Source: the human T2T-CHM13v2.0 reference genome, Homo sapiens
Strand: one strand, 5' to 3'
Assembly: GCF_009914755.1 (NCBI RefSeq)
Contig: NC_060930.1
Length of the DNA stretch: 64,000 nucleotides
Below, piece after piece: positions 27,756 to 43,657 of this stretch. Below the pieces are notes generated by a model. It worked only from the letters and a program-made list of their open reading frames with translations. It did not search any database and was not told the origin of the DNA. Positions within the stretch are counted from its first letter, which is position 1. Each line of letters starts with the position of its first letter. Made by a program: the position numbers and the translations under genes.

Positions 27756-29230
27756 TGATATCTCTTATTTTATAACACAATGCTCAAATTATTACAAATG
27801 CATAAAACATATTCTTAAAATAAGGTAATGTAATTTTTAGCACATTGACTTCAATAGTTTCATTAGGGGAAAAAGTTATCTATATATAAATGATTTTTAA
27901 AATGTAGTTGTTTTTCTATATTTAACAAAGAGGAACACAAATACGCAATCAAACTAAGGTAAAATGAAAGTCTAGTGAAGAAAAATGGCCTTCTGTTTAA
28001 CAGTAAAATCATGACAATTTTTAGGCATTACCATTTTATAATGAGTCAAATGTTCATGTTCTTTAAAAATATTCTGAATAAGTAGAAACATGCATAGAAT
28101 TTCAGAGGTAGAAAGCCAAGATTGTCTAGCCCCAAAATGAGAAACAGATAGGAACTCAGATTGGTATTAACTGCCTTGAGTACTGTGTTTAAGTAGATTC
28201 TGAGGTTCAGTGTGGGGACAGCAGTAAGGAGGACCATGATGGATAAGCTATGCCATTAGGTAGAGAGGATGAAGTAGTAGCACAAATACTCTGAATAAAT
28301 AGAAACATGTATAGAATTTCAGAGATAGAAAGCCCAGAACGGCCTAACAGACCTTTTCAATAGCTTCATAGCCTTACAGTTGCCATTATGCATTTGGTTT
28401 ATTAGTTTCTGTGCTTATTTTTATTGTTATTTTTGTAAACAAATGAACTGAATGTTGAGACTCAGAGGGGTAAAGTGATTTATCCCAGGCCACACAACTG
28501 GGATGTAGCAAAGGCAGGATTAAAATCCTGTGCACCTGAATATTAGTCCAGTGCTCTAATTCCGGTATAATCAGGACTCTCTCAATCTGACATGTGCTCT
28601 CTCCAATGTTAGAAAACAAAATCTGAAGAGTGGTAACTTGATGTAAGTCAGTAATGTATTGTGGCTGATTAGAAATGGATGACTTTTTGCACAGGAAGTT
28701 CAGTGAGGTACATAATAGATTGAACTGGCTTCGGAATAGCCGGAAAGTGCATGCCATGCGCTGAGTATATCAATGAGTCGAGTCAATGAACAGGATACCT
28801 TGGTTTAAAACATAGCTTTTTAACAATTATCTTTTATAACTGAAAATATCTACTTTTGCTTGTTTGTTTTTGCCATTAAACAATGATTAAATTTAATTAC
28901 TCTGTTGACAGGATAGAAATCAGCTGGCTAAACAATGGCACTTCAATGGTCTATTAATTTCTATACCAAGAGTTAATTACAAGTCGGCAAAATTAGAACA
29001 AGTTGAATTTCACCTCTGTCTCTGTTTCTTTGTGATATTTTGAGGATATTAAAGAACGGGTAATGGCCAAAATATGGGTATTAGGAAACATAAAGGAGAG
29101 AGTAAATATGGTTACGACACTAAACATTAGTGTACGTCATTCTGGAAAGGTCATGTTCTTGATCAGGAAATGAGATTTTAGTGACTTTCTGGTGAAACTT
29201 GTGTTCAAAAGAAAGAAATTAGGTGAAAAC

Positions 29231-29566
<336 letters not shown>

Positions 29567-31072
29567 TCACTAGTTTATATTTAAATAATCACTATTGTAA
29601 CTCTAAACATGCCTCAAAAAGAAAAAATTAAGTATTCTACAAAGCTCCATCAATCAGTGACATCAGAAAATCAGGGGCTGTGTGGATAATAAGAAAATGT
29701 TTTACATAAAAAACTAAACATTAAAGAACAGAAACTGTAAAAATAAGGGACATAGTATGGAGAATATTTTTTCTCCTAACACTGAAAAAGAATGGAACAG
29801 TCATCATTTTAAGATGCTACAAATATAGCACAAAGGAATGGACTAAGTAATCTAGACAACTATCACTTTAAGATGTCACATCTTACATACTTTGGGGGCA
29901 GAAATGGGCTTGATAATCTTCCCAAGGACTCTCATTTTGTATAATTACAGGCAAAAGAAGCACATATTTGGGCACATTTGGATCATCTGGTTTATTTGCT
30001 ATGTGCAATAACTTTAAAATAATAAAAATTAGCATAAAATTATTATACTGATAAAATACAAGTAGAGTTGTTTAGATACTAAAATTCGAGGCAGGCTAAA
30101 AGCCTGAAGAATGCAGTTTTAGGATGCAGAATTATACCGGTGTTAGAAATACAGTGTGACATCAGTAACAAATGTGTTGAGGCTACATATTTATTACTGA
30201 TGTCACACTGTATTACATTTATTAAATTCTCCCCACCTTGCTTTTATGAATACATTTTTCATGTTCATGTAGGAAATAAAAAAATAAATCAATCCTTTGT
30301 GCGTCTAATTCTAGAAGGTTTCTCATTTTGTAGAGACAATAGTCCTGGAGCACTCTGGAATACCAATGGCATTTTAACCTAACTAATTAAAAAAAACTAT
30401 ATAACTTAGGTACTGTATATCTTATTAGAAGTGAAATCGTTTATGTAGCATTCCAAACTTAGAGGTTAATAAAATAGACACTAATTCCTTTTATAGATCT
30501 CAAAGCAAGGAGTGTAAGGCAGCCTGGGACCATGCCAGGTATTGGAGGAGGAACAGATGACTGTAGCCCATAAATGTTCAGGTGCACAAGAGAGGGGCAT
30601 GCCATTTAAATGCAAAGGTAAAAATCACAGTTGTTTAGGAGAAACAAAAAAGACAAAAAGAGGCTGGGATGGAAAAGAGAAGACATTCTAGGAACCTCTA
30701 AGTTCTCTAAGTGCTTTGAAGCCCTCTGGAGCTCCATCACACAGGGCTCCAAGGGCCTGGCCACATTATTAACCACTCTTTCACCAAATGCTTTTAACTC
30801 TGTTAGCTGGAACATTTCTCAAGAACAAATTAAGTTTTAAACAGTCAATGGAAAAGTGCTATTTGGTTGCTAGAAGTATTGCTTATTGATTAGGTACATT
30901 TTGGCAATGGGAAAGACACTTGCACTTTCAATAACAGAAAACCTAGAATAAGTAAAATAATTTCCATTTCCCACCTAAGAATATTAGTGGTCAAGGATCA
31001 TTTTTCATTTCTGTAAAGAGTCAATCATAAACATCAACAAACATGTCAGATTTCTTTTTTTTGAGTACCTAT

Positions 31073-31260
31073 ACCAGAGGTTTTCCAACTAGTATGTATG
31101 TGGAAAACTTGTTAAAAGTGCAGATTTCTGGGTCCTATTTCCAAAAATTCAGATTCAGAAGTCCTGGTTAGGCCTTAAGAATTTGTTTTTTAAACAAATG
31201 CTCCAGGTGATTCTCATTCACATGATCTAGGGGTCATGCTTTGCGAAATACCACCCTAAA
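31073..31260. mobile_element. MER5-like hAT MITE
   Basis: ttgttaaaagtgcagatttctgggtcc...attcagattcagaagtcctgg...ttttaaacaaatgctccaggtgattct. Confidence 0.65.
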
Positions 31261-31566
31261 ATACATTCTCTCTTTCCATTTTCGTTTGTCACAGCAAATT
31301 GTGTTTAAGCAGGCTCCTTAGTGTTAGTTCTGAAAAGCAAGTGAACTACCACACGAGTCAGCTAGAGATAAACAGTCAAAGCATAGTAGGGAAACCTAGC
31401 CTTCAAACATGTGTTCAAGGAAATTCTCCCAACAGAAGCTGAATTATCTACCCAGTGAAATCTTCTACCCTCTCCACATCCCATGCCCTACCCAATGTGG
31501 ACAGCCATCCCTTGACGGTTATCCTTGGTCTTAGGAAGCCCACCTCAATGTTTTCCAGATTTTTAC

Positions 31567-31801
31567 CTCTTTTGGTGATAGTATAGAAATGTAATCTTCA
31601 TATATCATCCTAGCCTTTTCTTCAATTACTTTTTTGTTCTGCTCCTTCTTTAAGTCTTCACAAGCAAGCCAGAAAAGTAGGTTCTCTTCACTGTATTCTG
31701 TTCGGAGGAACTCTCTGAAAAGGTTTCTTCCTGCTGGGGCCTTCATCATCTTGTCAAAATTTTGAGACCAGGACAAGACTTCCTCTGCAGTGGGGTTTTG
31801 G
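31567..31801 (-). CDS. RGS17: RGS17 third coding exon (exon 4), N-terminal half of the RGS domain (QNPTAEEVLSWSQNFDKMM...FLRTEYSEENLLFWLACE...SPKE)
   Basis: ORF 31531..31830; acceptor cag|C at 31802/31801, donor GAG|GTAAAA at 31567/31566; 235 nt. Confidence 0.97.
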
Positions 31802-32322
31802 CTGCAGAGACAGAACGGGGCCGTGATCAAAGGGAACTTTGTGACCAGTGAATGCTAGACCAGGTAAGGAGAGGAGCAGATAGAAATTCTATCAATTTGC
31901 TGCCATCTAGTGGTCAGTATTTTGCCACTCAGTCCAGCCTGATGTGCCAAATAAGTATCTGTCAGGACTACGTCAGTTATTTCAGGGTTTTGACAAAAAT
32001 TCACACAGGCATAAGAGACATGTAGGGAGACAAGCATTCAAACAGCAAGGGGCCTAAACATAATATGCATGCAGTCATCGTACATTCCTAATGAAGCTTG
32101 GAAATGTTCAAACTTTAACAATGTGTTGCAAGTTGATAGAAACTGTCTGTAAGTGACTAAGGACAACATGAATTTTTTCTTTGCCTCTAATCAGGATTTC
32201 AATTTTCCAGCCATAAGATACAGTTTTTTTTTCTCATCTCTGGTGGCCATTTTTTTCATCTGTCACTTGATTTAAAATAAGAATACACTGTGTGCACTTG
32301 TCACATATTTTCCTAAACTTTA

Positions 32323-32630
<308 letters not shown>

Positions 32631-32934
32631 GGTTTTTTTCCTACGAAAAGTTAATGTACGAATTGTTAGTCATGAATGGAGTTATCATAATTGGAAGCAG
32701 AGTGCTTCTATAATGACACTGACATTGGGGAATTTAAAACTATATACAGATCTTTTAGTGACTAGGTGACTGCAAAAACCACTAGTAATTAATCCACTTG
32801 CTTATACATTAAAGAAGTAGAAGACAGAAACTTGGAGAGTCTTATGGTTAAAATGATTCTGATCTTCCTTTCCTATTCAATGATTTACTTAATAATTTTC
32901 CAATCTAAAAGACATTTGGCCAAAGAAGTATGTT

Positions 32935-33110
32935 TATATATATATATAAACATATATATATAAAAACATATATATATAAACATATATATAAACATATATA
33001 TAAAAACATATATATAAACATATATATAAACATATATATGGTAAATACATATACACATAAAAAGGTAAATACATATATAAAGGTAAATATATATGTATTT
33101 ACCTTTTTAA
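32935..33110. repeat. AT-rich minisatellite, unit approximately ATATATATAAAC
   Basis: Seen directly. Confidence 0.9.
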
Positions 33111-33758
33111 CCAGGTATTTCAAATAGATTGTTACTATTCCATAATCTCTGCACTTCCTCATTCACTTAAAACAATTTTTAATTTTAAAAAGCTTAAAAA
33201 TGACCATGAAGCATCATTAAAACCTTCTCATAAAAAGCAGAAAAAGAAAGCACTTACAAATTATATGACTGGACTATTTGTATTTTGATTTTAGTCCATA
33301 GGTACCTCTCGTTTGGGAGGCAGCACGTGGGGAGAGTCTGCTCTGGTAGAAAAGGAACCAGGAGTCGCTGGGTGCCCTTCCTCACTCACTTGGACATTCC
33401 ATATCATTTGTGTGTGTGTTTAGACACTTCTCTTATAAAGAGAAAAACTTGAATTCTCAGAAATGAGAAGTAATGAATTAGGGCAATTTTGGGTGCTAAT
33501 TCATAAGACAATCTTTATTTTTTTTAAAGAGAAAAGTAAATTTAGATCATGTTTTAGCCAATAACTTAACATAGCTAATAGAAAAATTGCTGAAAAGCAA
33601 CAGCAATGACAAAATAAGATCTTCCAGATTGAATTTGCATTCACTTCCCAAAATCATTTTGAAGAGTACCATGAAGCAAGGGGTAATACTGAGGCACGCA
33701 GTTGATGTAAATGGCATATAAATGCAAGAAACAATAGCTATGTGGTTCTCACACTCAC

Positions 33759-33848
33759 CATTCCTCTAGGACCTGGATACTCTCCATTTTTGTAGTGTGT
33801 GTGGGTCTTCCCGCATTTTCCCCTCTTTCTTCATTCCTCACAGTGAGG
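33759..33848 (-). CDS. RGS17: RGS17 second coding exon (exon 3; LTVRNEERGENAGRPTHTTKMESIQVLEE)
   Basis: ORF 33755..33952; acceptor cag|C at 33849/33848, donor TG|GTGAGT at 33759/33758; 90 nt. Confidence 0.95.
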
Positions 33849-36800
33849 CTGTAATGTAACAGAACATTTAATTTTGTCAAGGGAAATTCAATCAGTTGAA
33901 GAAAAGAATAAATTTTTCTGGGGAAACATTTCACAGGAGATCTTATATTCAACTATGTGAGAATATTTAAAGTATAAAAGAGCAATACCATTTTTAAATG
34001 ATGGGCAAGCCCATGTCAAAGGGAAGAGAATAATTTTTAAATAAAATTATATAGTAAATCAGACTCCCAAAAGTGGATATTGTTAAATATTCTGACTTCA
34101 TCCTTACATAATCTGAATTACTGAATATTTCTGAGATATATGATTAAATGCCTTAATATTATATATATATGTATATACACACACACACATATGATTACCT
34201 TACTCTTTAAACAAAATGTCATTTTGATTTTTGGTTAATTCTATTCATAGTCTGTTTTCCATTAATTTTCCCCGATTGAGAGCTAATAAGATACAATGTG
34301 TCAGAATCTAATACAGATTTTGCTAAATTTACATTGTTACCGATAATATCATTCCTTCAATTGCTAAAATCAAGCTACCGGATTTATATTTGACTTTGTT
34401 TTTGCCCTTTCACCCCAGTAAATCAATGTCCAAGGTCTTGAAAGGGACAGACCAGTAACTGAGCATTTGGAACAGGTGAGCATTGGGTGGGAGGGGTGTG
34501 TGTCTGTGTAGCATAGGTTTGGGAATTCTACAGCATCATAGAGGACAGAGGATAATGCCGAAGGTTTTAGTAGCCCAGAACAAGAATAAGAATAAGAATT
34601 GTCCAATGACAATTGCTCCCTAAAGCTGAGCAGTGCTTTAGGGCAAAACACCGAAAACTCTCGGTGTGGACTAGAAACAACAGGTGAGGTCATGGGAGAT
34701 ACTAAGAAGCAGGGTAGGGAGAATAACTCAGTGGCTCGGGAAAATTTGAGCTCCCAAATTAGCCAACTGATCCCTCTGTCTAGAAGCCGAGGAGCTTAAG
34801 AGCCTGGCAGAGAGCACAAGAAGTTCAGATAACATCTCTCATTTGTTCCTTCTTTCACTTACTTACTCAAAATAAGAGGCAATGGAAATGATGATTTTCT
34901 AGTGCCTGTTACGTGCTGGGCACCATTCTTTTACCATTAATATTATTATCCCCATTTTACAGATGAGCAAAGTGAGGTGCAGACCCGTCTGGGAGGCTGG
35001 CCCAAAACCGAACACTAAATAGGTGCTATAGTTGGAATTGGAAGCCTACCCTGTTCAACAACCCTGTATTTCTGAGTGCCTGCTATGAACCATGGCTGCT
35101 GATAGACACTGAGGTCATAGACCACTTACTATGTGAATGCAAAGAAGGGTCACTAAACATCGTTGGTATGGAAAGAAAGTGTTTAGGAAGAGGTGCCCAA
35201 CAAGCAGTTATTCTCAATCTGGAAAGTCTGATAAGAGAAACCAAGACAATGTCTCCTTAATTCCTTCTTTCATTCTCAAGTGCAAGCGTGAGGACGGAGA
35301 GAATGGAGCAAAGGGAAATATTAATTTCTGACAAGCGGGCCCATCTACAATGGAAAGTGAGGCTAGATAGGAAAACTGACCTGAGAGAGCAGACTCACTG
35401 GAAAAAGGAGAACCCAATAGGAATTGAAAAGGATTCTGTAGTCAGGAAAAGGACATAGAAAACATAGGATTTCATAGTGAAATACATTGAGTTTGCCTCT
35501 ACCCATTTCTAGGGACAGGGGCAGGTTTATTGGTGTCGAACCATGGAGAGAAAGGTAATGTAGCCCAGAAGGATTCTGGGGAGCAGAAACTAGAGTGGAT
35601 GGTCCCTTGGACCTGCTGCACATTGACTAGACCCCTGCTGGAGGCAGCAGTCCCAGGGTTAGAGACAGCAAAGCCTTTAGCGTAGTGTAATTTTGGGGAG
35701 GAATTCAGAGACAGTGCATAATTTTGGAGGTATTTGCGTGTGAGTGCTGTGAATGTGTCTGAGGTTTGAGATAGCCTGGGAAACCTCAGTCCTCTATGTC
35801 ACTATACAAATAGGCCAGATAAGTATTTTAGAGGAGATTCATGAATGAGTAAGAAAGTTCTTCTCTGGAATTTGATGTATTTCCAGTCATGATGGGAAAA
35901 GTGGATGGGGGGGGATACACTGCTGACAATATTCTGTAAAACTTCCTGTATATATAAAATGTACAATTTTTTGGTAAATTCTGTTCAGCTCTTTTTAAAA
36001 TAGGAAATTGATACTCATTCTGTCAACCTTTATTGAGCTTCTATGTGTGTGTGCAAACACATATTAAGGCACTATAACACAACTAGCAAAAGAGCTTTCA
36101 TCCCCTGCTTAAATAATAAACTCCTTGAGTTTATTTTTATTACATTTCCACACAGTGTTCTACAGAAGGCAGTACACATGACGCAGGTATACTTCATTTC
36201 ATTAAACATCTTTGAGAAATTTTTTTCTCCGTTGTGCCTTTGCTGTAGAGTGACAAATCTGGAGTCTACAGGCATGAATCACGAGTTTCTGAACATGAAT
36301 TCTGGCTCTTCTATCTGTTTCTGTGATATTTACAAACATCCCAAATGCTACCATATTAGAGCGATCATTACGAAATATTAGGTTGAGTTTACATCTTTCT
36401 TTTCTACAGGTGGTAAAATATGGACACACATTTGGACTAAAACTACTTACAACAGACATTCAGTAAATGTTTAACTATTCACTGTGCAGCTCTTGATCTA
36501 CTATTGGCCACAGTCTTGCCCTGTAGAAATTGAACTTTGGCAACAGACAAATTGTCCTTTTTATTAACTGTCCTTTACTACCGGTCTTAAAAAATGGGTT
36601 TCAAGGTTTCAGTTATCAAGAACTGCTGAAAATACCATTTTAAGTTAAAGAGAAATGGAGAAAATAGACAAGGGATTAATACTTAACAGTTTGTCTGTCT
36701 TGATATTGACTAATGTCTGTCCTACCTGGTCCTGCTCCAAGTAGTGCATTGTTGTTGTTGTTTTTATTAATTCACTGGAAATATTTGCTCTAGACCAACT

Positions 36801-36873
36801 TATATATGTTATATGTGTTTGAGGAAAGCCCTAAAAGGAAAATACCAGATCAACAGTTTTGAGGGTCCCATAG

Positions 36874-37172
<299 letters not shown>

Positions 37173-40100
37173 GTCTTGTTTTTTCTTTTTAGCCCATATC
37201 TCTCCAAGAAGAGACACTCCCCCACTGACTTTTATGTATGTAACATTTAAAACTAACATTTCTACTTTTTAAGCAATAAAAGCCACAAAGAGAACTAAAC
37301 ACATACACAGTGCTCACTGTGAGGGTCTTGATCAAACCTTAAATACTTTATGGAAGAAAAGTGCCAATATCCTTGGCCAAATATACTAAAATAAGCATTT
37401 AAAATCCCATTAGAGATTTTCTAAATAGTGACTTTGAAAAGGGAGGAAAAATACTTGTGACATTTGAGAACTTAAGAAAATGTGCCCCCTCTCTATGGGG
37501 GTGGATTGTTTGTTTACAGGGGAGTGTGGACAGTGGAGTGAGAAAAAACATTACCTGCTGCCAATTATACAGTTTATCTACTGATCTGTCATCATGGATA
37601 TGCGCAGGGTCTATTTTGGAAGACACTCTTCTATTGTAAGGAAAACAATTGGTTCTTAAGAAAAACTGTTAAAATGGTTGCAAAGAAGATAAAACTTACC
37701 AGTAGCCATGGTAACTCTGGGATAGAGGCTGGTCAGGAAAGCACATATATTTACAGAAAAATTAAACTGAAGAATCAATAAGATGCCTAAATTTAATACA
37801 GTGTGACATCAAGGCTCCAAGAGAGAACTACTGTCACTGGTAAAAGCAGTCTATTCAATATTGAAATAGTCTCACATTGTGATATCAATCTTTTCTTTTT
37901 ATTTAACAGCTTCTACCTCAAAGTTCCTGGTGCAAAAATGAAATCAACATCCTTCAGGCTCTGAAAATGAATTGGTAGATTATTCTTTAAATACTTCATT
38001 TTCAGCATTCAAGATATCACAGTAAATACTAGAGGAGTTAGCAATACTTTAGTAATGTGTATGAAACACTGGTTCATGCAACGTTCCCTGGTTGGACATA
38101 AAAGGTGAATAAGACAAAGGCTCTGCTACTGAGGAGCTCAGACGGGTAAATAAACATCACATGGCATTGTGATAAGAACTCGGACAGAACTGTGCATATG
38201 GGGTTTCTTAGACACCCTTGATGGTACCTGTGCTTTTGCATAAGAGAATTGAGAAAGGCTTCACAGAAGACGTAAAGATTAAATTGGGTTGAAAATGGGC
38301 AGTTGTTTGCCAGATGGAGACCTGGACAAAGGGGATCTCATTCAGAGTGGGGATAAAATCATGCAGGGGCACAATACAAATGTAGAACAGAATGGACATA
38401 TCAGATGTTGCAGGGCTGGAGCAGGAGAATAAAACAGGCAGCAAAGTATGTGTTATCCAAGAAAATGATGAGGTGGACTCCAAATGTAGAATATACCTCC
38501 TTTAGGATGGTTTAAGCTTTCCATGCTTTGTTTTCACCATTCATAATGGGGATAATGGCAATGAACTACTTCACAAGGATGTAAAACAAAAAATAAAAGC
38601 TTGTGACAAAAAGGCCCATTATTACAGATGCTTAGTTGAATGGACGGGCAAGTTGGTTGCATATTAAAATTCCAATTCCAAGTTTACCAAAGAGCTTTTT
38701 ATTTCCACCTGAGTAAATAGAGACTTCTCCTTTGTCATTATTACACAACACTTCCTCATCCATTACCTTGTCACTTCCTCCTCACAATAGTCCTTGAAGG
38801 TAAGCAGCAGAGTTGTTATTAGTCATTCTTGTTTTATTTACAAGGAAACAGTTATTGGGGTTGACTTACACAATACCCACAACTCAAAATTATTAGAACT
38901 AGGATTGGAATTCCCATCTTCTGACTTCCTGTCTCAGGCTCATTTTCACTCTGCAATGCCATTTCTCTTTACATAGAAGAGTTAATTGTGGTATTGCAAG
39001 TGTTTACACAAGTGATTTTTCTTAAGGTTTGGAAAAATAAACCTCCTAGTACAATCCAGTACATTGAGTATAAATGCCCTCTCTAAGTATCATCCCACAG
39101 CTATCACTCCATAGGAGCTGTTGCCCAGAGGTCTGAGTTTGCAGTAGAATTTGATGAAGAGTAACTTCTCAATTCCCTGGAATTTGAGATGAACAAAAAG
39201 GAGTTGTTATAGAAGGTTTTGACAGCAAAGTGTGAAAGAGGAAGGACAAAAGTAACACCGTTAATGACTGCAGACGGTGTTGCTATGGCTGAGGAGGGCC
39301 ATCCTGGGAAGTATGACTTTCTTCCATTAGCAAAGATAACTTCAGGACAGGGCAACAAGGAAAGGAGAATAGAACTGATGTTTCACTTACAAAAGACTAC
39401 CCACCCCCCAAAAAAACTAAAACCCCAAACCAAAAAGACACCAGAAGATGGGCTGGTAACCACATAATATACAACATTTCAGACACATAGAAACTCAATG
39501 TTAAACCTATGATTTGAACTTCACCTCTTTCATTTCTACATTTTTATAATAGAGTATGGTTTTGAGTGGGGTGTGTGGGGATGGGAACAGTGGTTAGAAA
39601 TTTGTGTCTGGAAATGTTATAAAACACCTGCCTAAAAATACCCCATGTTGCCCCTCTAAAGGCTCACTCCACATTTTGTAATCATGTGCCGTGTGTCATG
39701 AAACAAGTATTTCATTTGGCTTAAGCTTTTGTTTCATGAACTTAAACTCAAGTAAAATAATCAGCTATCAAATATCTGTCCACTAGATGGCTGTGTTACC
39801 TTTATAAATACAATATTTTAACCAAGTCAGAATAAAGGAAAAACTGAAAAAAAGTTTCTGCGGGTAAATACCCTTATTTGAAAAAAAAAAAAAAGTCTAT
39901 TCATTCTCTTAAGGAGTTTTGATAATTATATCTTTCTAAGGAATCTAAAAGGAGTCATTCAGTTTTTCGGTGAGTGTAATAATCAAACTCGAAGAGGATA
40001 AACTTAATCTTGGGAGGTTTGCATAACTGCAACCATTTTTCCTTTTTGGTATTTACAAAATATTCTGAATAGATCCCGGCCCAAAGTCATTTGATTTGGG

Positions 40101-40658
40101 AATACTTTAGTCTTAAAAACAGGCAGGCATACTGTTATTAACATTGTCATTATCGTTTCCGATAAGAAGTCGTTTTGCATTCCACCGTCTCATGCTGGGA
40201 TAATACAGAACTTAGGTCATACATTCTTAGAACAAATAAATTAGAAAAGGGTTTTAACTACCAATAGGTAGGAAATATTTTTAATTTACAATATTTTAAA
40301 AGAGCCATCCTGAGAATGGATTCTCCACACTATTTCAATTTCTGTTTGGGTGGTACGTGAACATTCATTTCTTCTTTTGATCCATGGAAACTGAAGACAA
40401 ATTTCTTCATTCTCTGATTCTCTCTCTCAGTTGCCAATTTCTTTCTATATACGCATCTGTTTGAAAAGATGGGTATCAAAAATTCCATCTTTTTATCTAT
40501 ATTCAATTTTCATTTGAAACCCCAAGGCCTGGATTTCCTTCATGGACATATTGATTTGATTTGGAATGCCAACTTCATTTACCAAGTAATTACATGGTGA
40601 AAATAGAAATCTACACGGTACGTTTATGTTCAGTTAGATGACCAAAGCTTCTTATTTA

Positions 40659-41076
<418 letters not shown>

Positions 41077-42084
41077 TCATCAGAATCTTCTATACCTCAG
41101 TTCTCACGTTGATTAAAATCCTATTTTAAGCTATTCCTTCAACCCACTGTAATTTTACCTATAATTTATAACTAAGTGAATGCCTTAATGGGAAAGCAAA
41201 TATCTTAGATGTGAAAAGGCCAAATGGACTTCTATTTAGTTAGGAGCAATAATAGTGTGACTGTTATTAAAATGGCATGCGATCATTTGTGTCAAGTGCA
41301 TTAATTCAATTGGAGCTCCAGTTTCTGACTTTAGAAGGCTGGGTCCCTATCATAAAAAGGAGAGTGAAAAAGTTAAAACCCTGTTAGTGAATATTCAGAA
41401 ATATATCTGATAGCTGGCAGGACTGCTCATTCATCTACCCATTCATCCTTTCCCTCGCATTTTCCAGTTAGTGTGTGTGTGTGAATACGTATGGGATGAA
41501 TGTGCGGGGCTTCCTTGAGAACAGACACCATGGAAGACAACAATCTTGATCTGTAGAGAAACAAAACCCTGCTATATAAAAGTTACAACACTCTGGGAAT
41601 CCTGCGGCTGTGCAGTGCATGCTCCAGGGCTGCTCTGACGTATACCTGTGCCGATTAATGTGAGGGCTGGGAAGCGCGAAGTGATACAGACTGAAGAAAC
41701 AGCATCCGCTACCTTAACTGACAACATGCAAACAGAACCTTGCCAAGCCTGCAATAGCCAGATCCTACACAGTCTGGTAAATTCCTCTGGGCCTGAGACT
41801 TGTAAAGGGACAGAAATAATACCTATCAATAAAGGATTACGCAGGGATTTGTGTACATGACTAATCGCATTTTACTGAGGAAGAAACCGAGGCTCAGAGG
41901 TAGTAAGTAACTTGCCAAAGGTTTCATAGTTACATGTGATAAAACTGGAATGTACTCAGGTCTGTAAAATTCCAGTGCCATGGGTCTTTCCTTATCCCAT
42001 ACAGCCTCTTGAAAGTCAGCTTTCCGAGGAAGACATGCCATTAGAATTTGCGTGTAATTGTCAAATATGGCAAGACTACCTCTA

Positions 42085-42655
<571 letters not shown>

Positions 42656-43367
42656 TCAATTTCATTTTCACAAAAAGTGAATTTGATTGTCTTATCTGAC
42701 AAAAACAGAACAAGTAATTCTTGAATCATGTCCTAAAAGAGCAGGCAGATTGTAATAGGTCTACCACACCTAGACCATGAAAGACAGTAGGTTAGGCCCA
42801 TAAGAAATAATGAAGACTTTTAATGAGAGAAGCAAAAGTAGGGTTAATACTTAATTTAATCAGGTGTAACACAACTATGAAATTTTATAAATAAGGGTAG
42901 CAAAGAAGTCAGCCTCATTTTTGCATTATTGATTGGAATTTTCTGGAGGAATTTGTTAAATATTGTCCAGGTAGCTAATAAAGTTGACCTGGATTTGGAA
43001 TGGTTGAATTTCATATTGCCTTGGAAAATGAATAATTTGCTTTGAATGAGTCAGGAAGGAAAATCCAACTTCTCTCAAAGCAAACCTTCACCCTGAAGGA
43101 GGAGCATATGGGGTCTTAGAGTCTTCAAAGAGGGGCTCACTCATTTTCTCTGTCAGTAGCTTTTCTTTCTCCAAGTTCTTCCTCGTTGTACATCTTACAG
43201 AGAAGCTTGGTTCTCTTAAAGTTCACCAAGAAGCCCTCCTGGCTGGTCAAATCACAAAATGTTTTATGATTCTTATTGTATTGGACTTCTCTGGTGTATC
43301 TGCAACCTCAGACTTCCCTTTGTGAAACTCTCAATTCTCTTGGCTTCTGTAACAGTCCCTTGCTGTG

Positions 43368-43657
43368 TTTTATTTTATTTTTCTGAGACAGGGTCTCACT
43401 CAGGCTTGAGTGCAGTCATGTGATCATGGCTCACTGCAGCCTCAACTCTTGGGCTCAAGCCATCCTCCTACAACACTCTCCTGAGTAGCTGGGACTACAG
43501 GTGTGTATTACCACACTCGGCTAATTTTAAAATTTTTTGTAGAGATGGGGACTCACTATGTTGCCTAGGCTGGTCTCGAACTCCTGGATTCAAGCTTTCC
43601 TCCTGCCATGTCCTCCCAAAGTGCTAGGATTACAGTTGTGGGCCACTGTGCCCGGCC
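43368..43657 (-). mobile_element. AluJ inserted in a degraded L2 (about 43200-44400)
   Basis: Diverged reverse Alu; TSD cccttgctg(t/c)gtttt. Confidence 0.9.
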
